Shown here: in pieces, positions 27,990 through 64,000 of the stretch
Numbering within the stretch: the stretch's first letter is position 1
Layout: each line of letters starts with the position of its first letter
From: Octopus bimaculoides
Taxonomy: Eukaryota
DNA length: 64,000 bases
Reading direction: 5' to 3'
Assembly: GCF_001194135.2 (NCBI RefSeq)
Contig: NC_068981.1
Location: 58,059,896 to 58,123,895 of the forward strand
Notes under the pieces: model-generated
The model's database searches: none
The model's input: only the letters and a program-made list of their open reading frames with translations
What the model was told of the DNA's origin: nothing
Program-made: the position numbers and the translations under genes

Positions 27990-28620
27990 GCTATTGAAGA
28001 CAAGAATGTCAACAAACTTTATGTGCTAGTTAATTATATCTTGCCACTCATTTTCAAATGTATATCCAAATCTACCCATGAGGTCACTATTGACATATTT
28101 CAAAGTATATATGTCAAACTGAAATATGAGAACTTCTCAAAAAAATCAGAAACAAAATTATCAATGAATCTTTAGACTAATACTTATGGAACTTCAAACT
28201 TTTAAGCCAAGACTGAAACTTTCAACCCTTGACAACTGAAAAGTCCCAGATTGACTATGTTAGGGACACCTTTGTTAATGGCATGTGTTCGAAATGCATT
28301 TGTCAAGGCTTCTCAAACACACATTTCCTTACTTAGAAACCACATTTAAACTGGCCAAGAATACTAGAAATTACACAAAAACAGTTGAGGGACTACTCAG
28401 CCAACACAGCAATCAAACTTATGCCCACCTTGAAGAGGAAGCAGAAATATCTGACTCAAATCATACAACCACAGCTATTTTAAGGCTTAGGGATATCTTT
28501 TGCAGCCTTATTAGGCACTCTAAAAATAAATGCCCACCCAGAGAAACAAGATGCAGCCTGTACAATAAAATAGTGAACTCCTCCTAAGTTTGGAGATCTA
28601 GTAAGAGACCTACATCAGTT
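27990..28620 (+). mobile_element. Gypsy-type gag relic with decayed CCHC zinc knuckle
   Basis: Frames read HEVTIDIFQSIYVK, LSQD*NFQPLTTEKSQIDYVRDTFVNG and HSKNKCPPRETRCSLYNKIVNSS*VWRS, resembling Gypsy gag conserved blocks and an eroded zinc knuckle. Confidence 0.65.
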
Positions 28621-30798
28621 TCAACCTTTCTCATAACTATATCTGTCATTTCTCCATCGTGCCTATCAACAACTGCAAACATAGAGTAAAACAGATAGTA
28701 AAATAGAGGCTACTTTACTTGATACTGGCAATGTATTAAGCCTTGCAAATAACACACTTGTAACCAAATGCAAATGGAATCTCCTACCTCGTAACTTGAC
28801 CATTTCAATAGCTTCTACTGATCATCAGTCCCTTGTTCATGGTTGTGTTATAAGTGATCTTACTCTTGGCCTTTACAAGTATCACAAAGTATGACTTATA
28901 GCCCTAAACGATTTATACTTAAGTTAGAGTAATCTGCATTATTCATGATTTCTTACAATGCTGTTTTGCAATAAAGTGATGTTATCATTTATATCAAATT
29001 ACTTTGTATAATCAAGTTTAATCCCACAACACATGTAGTGGCTTTAGTGTAGGAGAACTAGCCTAACTTACTATACATTAAATCACCAAATTTAGATTGA
29101 AGTTTGAGCAAGAGCTCCAAATTAATGTGTTGTATATGTCAAGACTTTAGAAAAGAGGTGATGTTAGCAAGTCTCTGTTGTTTCTCAAAATTCATCCTTT
29201 AATTGTATTTGACATTGATCACACTGCATTGTCATAGCTGATATGTTATTTGTTATTTGGAGAAGTGCATACCATGTACAGTAGTAAGGAAGTTTCTGAA
29301 TGAATTCAGTCTCAAGTAAGCTGTTTATGTTGTTGTTAATAGAAAAGTAGGAATTATGAAGTCATTTAACAAAACAGAAGATCATGAATCTGCAACACAT
29401 CCATGAAGATTGATATTCTACATCATTCCTGCTACAGGGATTTGACACCTCTGTAACAAGAACACTGAACAGAGAAGCTGTTACGCATATTCCACAATCC
29501 TGCAAGGGAAAACTATTACTCTGTGCAAGGTTGCTTTTCTTGAATTACATAGCATTAAAAAAGCAAAATTAAAAAAGAATGTTCTCAGTTTCAAAATGAC
29601 ATAGAAAATAAGCTGTGCAAACATAGCAATTATCCAAAGATTTCTGAAGCCATTAAGAATTATATCCAGAATTATAACAGAGCAAGAGATGAGCATACAA
29701 AATATCAAAAATCATCTCTCACCATTGCAATGATATGTAAAATGCCAGGAATGGCATCTAGTATAAGCAATTTATTGATATAGTAATTAGTATTATTAAT
29801 ATTTGCACTATTAATATGTTAATATAGCAATAACCTAGTGTTTGCTATACGAGGTCATTAACATGAATTTAATATAAACTTTAACTTTTCCAGAAGTGAC
29901 ACCAAATAGACACCAAAACAGCAGAGATAGCTCATTGTAAAGCTAGTACACAGCAACATATGGCTGAGCATGAAAAGGCTGATGTATTCAATGTGGAAAT
30001 CCTTGAAATGACTTAAGAAGATATGGGAGGTGGCTATGACACAATGGTGATTGCATTTGACTGTAGAAAAACTTACCACTAACTGAAGTTGACTTGGAAT
30101 ATTATAAGGGACAGCTTTGGAGTTATAAGTTTTGCATCCATGAAATGAAAGTACTTCAATGCATCTATAATAATATTTTGATGGAAAAGGTCCCAGTAAA
30201 ATAATATACTTTGAATTTGTATTTCTTGTTGCTTTGTATATTCTGTGACAGGCAGTTTCAGAAAATATTTCAGTTTAAGCAATATTTATTAAAGATAGGG
30301 AAATAGTTTCTATTTTGAGGAAAAGATTTAGCATTTACCAGCTAGAAACCTTTTTCAGAAGCTAAATAAAGATCTTTTATCAATTAATCTTTAAAAATTG
30401 TTTTGATACTAGAAACAAACAAAAAATTTTATAAATGAACAAAAGAAAAAGACAAATATTGTTGACAAATTTTGGGGAGGATATTTGCATATTTCATACA
30501 ATGAAATATTCTGTGTGAAAATGTTTATTTGAGTGTGTGTGTATTACAGAATTTACAGGTCAGGAAATTAAAATTTAAATGAGAAAACATTGAAATAATA
30601 ATAATAGCTTCTTTAATTTTAATGAAAACTGAGACAAAAATATTTAAATATTCACAAATAAATTTTAGATTTTGGACTTTGAAAATATGAGATAATTGAG
30701 CAGATGTTAATAACAATAATAATTTATTAGTTTGGTATAAAGCCAAAAACTTTTGGGGGAGTTATGGTGGATTGAATTAATCCAAATACATAATTGAT

Positions 30799-30799
30799 G

Positions 30800-30873
<74 letters not shown>
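30799..30873. repeat. (AAT)n microsatellite, tail of the adjacent SINE at 30875-31085
   Basis: About 25 AAT units, directly visible. Confidence 0.95.
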
Positions 30874-30874
<1 letters not shown>

Positions 30875-31090
30875 GTATCTTACATTGACATCAGGCCACA
30901 AATGTATAGGGAAAGGGTCTAGTTAACTGGATTCCCCAAGTATACAATTGGTGCATGTTTTATTAATCTCAGAGGAATAAAAGGCAAAGTTGATCCTGGC
31001 TGGATATGAAATGACAGTGTAAGTGGACAAAAAACAAATACCCTAGGGTATTTAGTATGACACTCTACTGCTTTGGCCAGGCACTGTCCT

Positions 31091-31163
31091 AATAATAATA
31101 ATAATAATAATAATAATGATAATAATAATAATAATAATAATTATTATTATTATTATTATTATT
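31091..31163. repeat. (AAT)n-(ATT)n palindromic microsatellite
   Basis: AAT run 31091-31140 abuts TTA run 31141-31163. Confidence 0.95.
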
Positions 31164-31470
31164 TCTTTAATTTCTAACTTTCACTGAGAAAAATATTGTT
31201 ACTTTGTTAGGTATGATGAAGAGCTTATGATGGTTATATACAGCAAAATGGAATGTTAAGAACAAAGTCATTTTCTTATTATCATACAATGAAGAGTGTT
31301 AGAAACAATTATTATACAATGAAGAGTGTTAAGCCCAAAACAAAGAGGCATCATTATTGTTTCCTTGTACAGTTATCGGATTAAGATGGTGCTGTTCTTC
31401 AGACATTATGAAAAAAAACCCATCAATTATGGAAATAATACTGTCCACTATAAGATATACATCAGTGACA

Positions 31471-62618
<31,148 letters not shown>

Positions 62619-64000
62619 CTAAAAGTAAAAGAAGAAAAAATATATTAAAGAAATTTTAGATAAAATATCTTACAATAAAGTAAACATTAGAGTTAGACAG
62701 CCATAAATTTAAGGGGTTGACTTATACGATAACGTGGTAATAACTGCACATTATTATATCCTGTCATAACAGAAAACCTGTAACAGCTCACTTCACTCAG
62801 ATTACAAATAGGTGTAACTCGTATCTTAAGGATGGAGTGGTTAGCAGTAGAAAAGGTATCCAGCAATCATATTGGCAACTGTATATTCAATAGATATCTA
62901 TGGGGTTGTCCCAAAGATATAAAAATCAAGGTAAAAATCATCAGCAGCAGCAACACCAATCTAATTTCTATTAGTTCTTCCCAGTAAAAGTCAAATAAGC
63001 TTGCTCAAAGGTATTATTTTCCTGTTTCAATATTTTACATCATCCCACTTAATATTTTTTAACATTAAATTTTCCTCAAATTATCTTTCGGTTTTGTGTG
63101 TGTGTGTGAGTGTGCGTGCGCACGCACATGTAATGCCTCGCCTCAGATTCTCAATTCCAGTTGGAGCCATAGGGGCACCATAATGACATATTACTAGTTT
63201 AAACTATGACTTAGTTGGTCATTATTTGAACTAGGTGGCACCCATGCCTCTCTTGGGCTGATCATAGCCAATTTCTTCCAGAAAGGGAAAGAGAGCTAAG
63301 CAAAATGTTGGGGAGAGGGGAAAAAAAAGTGAATTATACCCACTCCAACTCAGTACAAGATTATTACTTTACCAATCCCAAAAAGATGAAAGGCTAAGTT
63401 AACCTTGGCAGTATTTGAACTCAAAGCATAGAGAACAGGAATGAAAAACTGCAAGATACTGACAAAGTAGCAACCTGGCCAATTCACCTCATATAAATGG
63501 CAATTTTTTAATGGAGGTAAGATAATCAAAATGTACTTGGTTTCACATCCATAAAGCACTTAGCTTTATAAACGACTTGTCTGGTTCTAATGGCCAAGGG
63601 CATATAACCCCTTCAAATTTGAAGATGGATACAAAACCACTGGTCATTATGACTGGACATATATCTAACTTCATAAATATATGTACAGTCTGTTACAGTC
63701 TGTCAGATACCGGCCATGATGAATACCACAAGGTACTGAAAATACGTATTCGCCTTTATATATTTAATCCTTTATATTGAACACTCAATATTTCATATAT
63801 TCAATAAGACATATTCCATATATTCAATAAGACATTCAATACTTCATTTCATTGTACCATCCATTTTTATATTATATATTATATATTCCATATTCTATAT
63901 CCCACATTAATTTTACAAGAATATAAATAAAACATAAAAAACAGACAGAGTTGGAACTCTTTTAAATAAAATAATATATTCCTCTATACACGATCATACA

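Noticed and set aside
29858-30282. Two adjacent minus-strand ORFs (67 and 73 aa)
   Set aside because: No motifs; the plus strand has only a faint RT-like remnant (AFDCRKTYH*), too weak to call.
62619-64000. Search for the upstream NCS-1 exon (EF1, xKDCPxG motif)
   Set aside because: No matching frame with splice sites was found; the 5' exons probably lie beyond the window.

Overview
AT-rich, microsatellite- and transposon-dense eukaryotic DNA. The repeat content and gene style resemble a coleoid cephalopod such as Octopus; this is inference, not database-checked. One host gene is supported: an NCS-1/frequenin-type neuronal calcium sensor on the minus strand. Four coding exons lie in the window (62618-62529, 52924-52846, 41378-41212, 31569-31471). 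All have GT-AG boundaries and join in frame to give EF-hands 2-4 and the stop codon; the 5' exons lie beyond base 64000 or were not found. The rest is mostly mobile DNA: a MULE/FLYWCH relic, a piggyBac transposase relic and MITEs, a Gypsy gag relic, RTE, Jockey/L2-type and Tx1-type LINE fragments, a hAT MITE, a foldback MITE and many SINE-like repeats. Three observations stand out. (1) A ~1.3 kb miniature LTR element (TRIM-like) in an NCS-1 intron has 153-bp LTRs, a tRNA-Ser PBS, a PPT, an AATAAA hairpin and a second PBS after the 3' LTR. (2) A 210-bp, ~96% identical inverted duplication in another NCS-1 intron could form a long dsRNA/ADAR substrate. (3) A Tx1-like LINE has both junctions inside a TATC/TC microsatellite. 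No prokaryote-type system (CRISPR, operon) is present, and no wholly new protein-coding system is supported.
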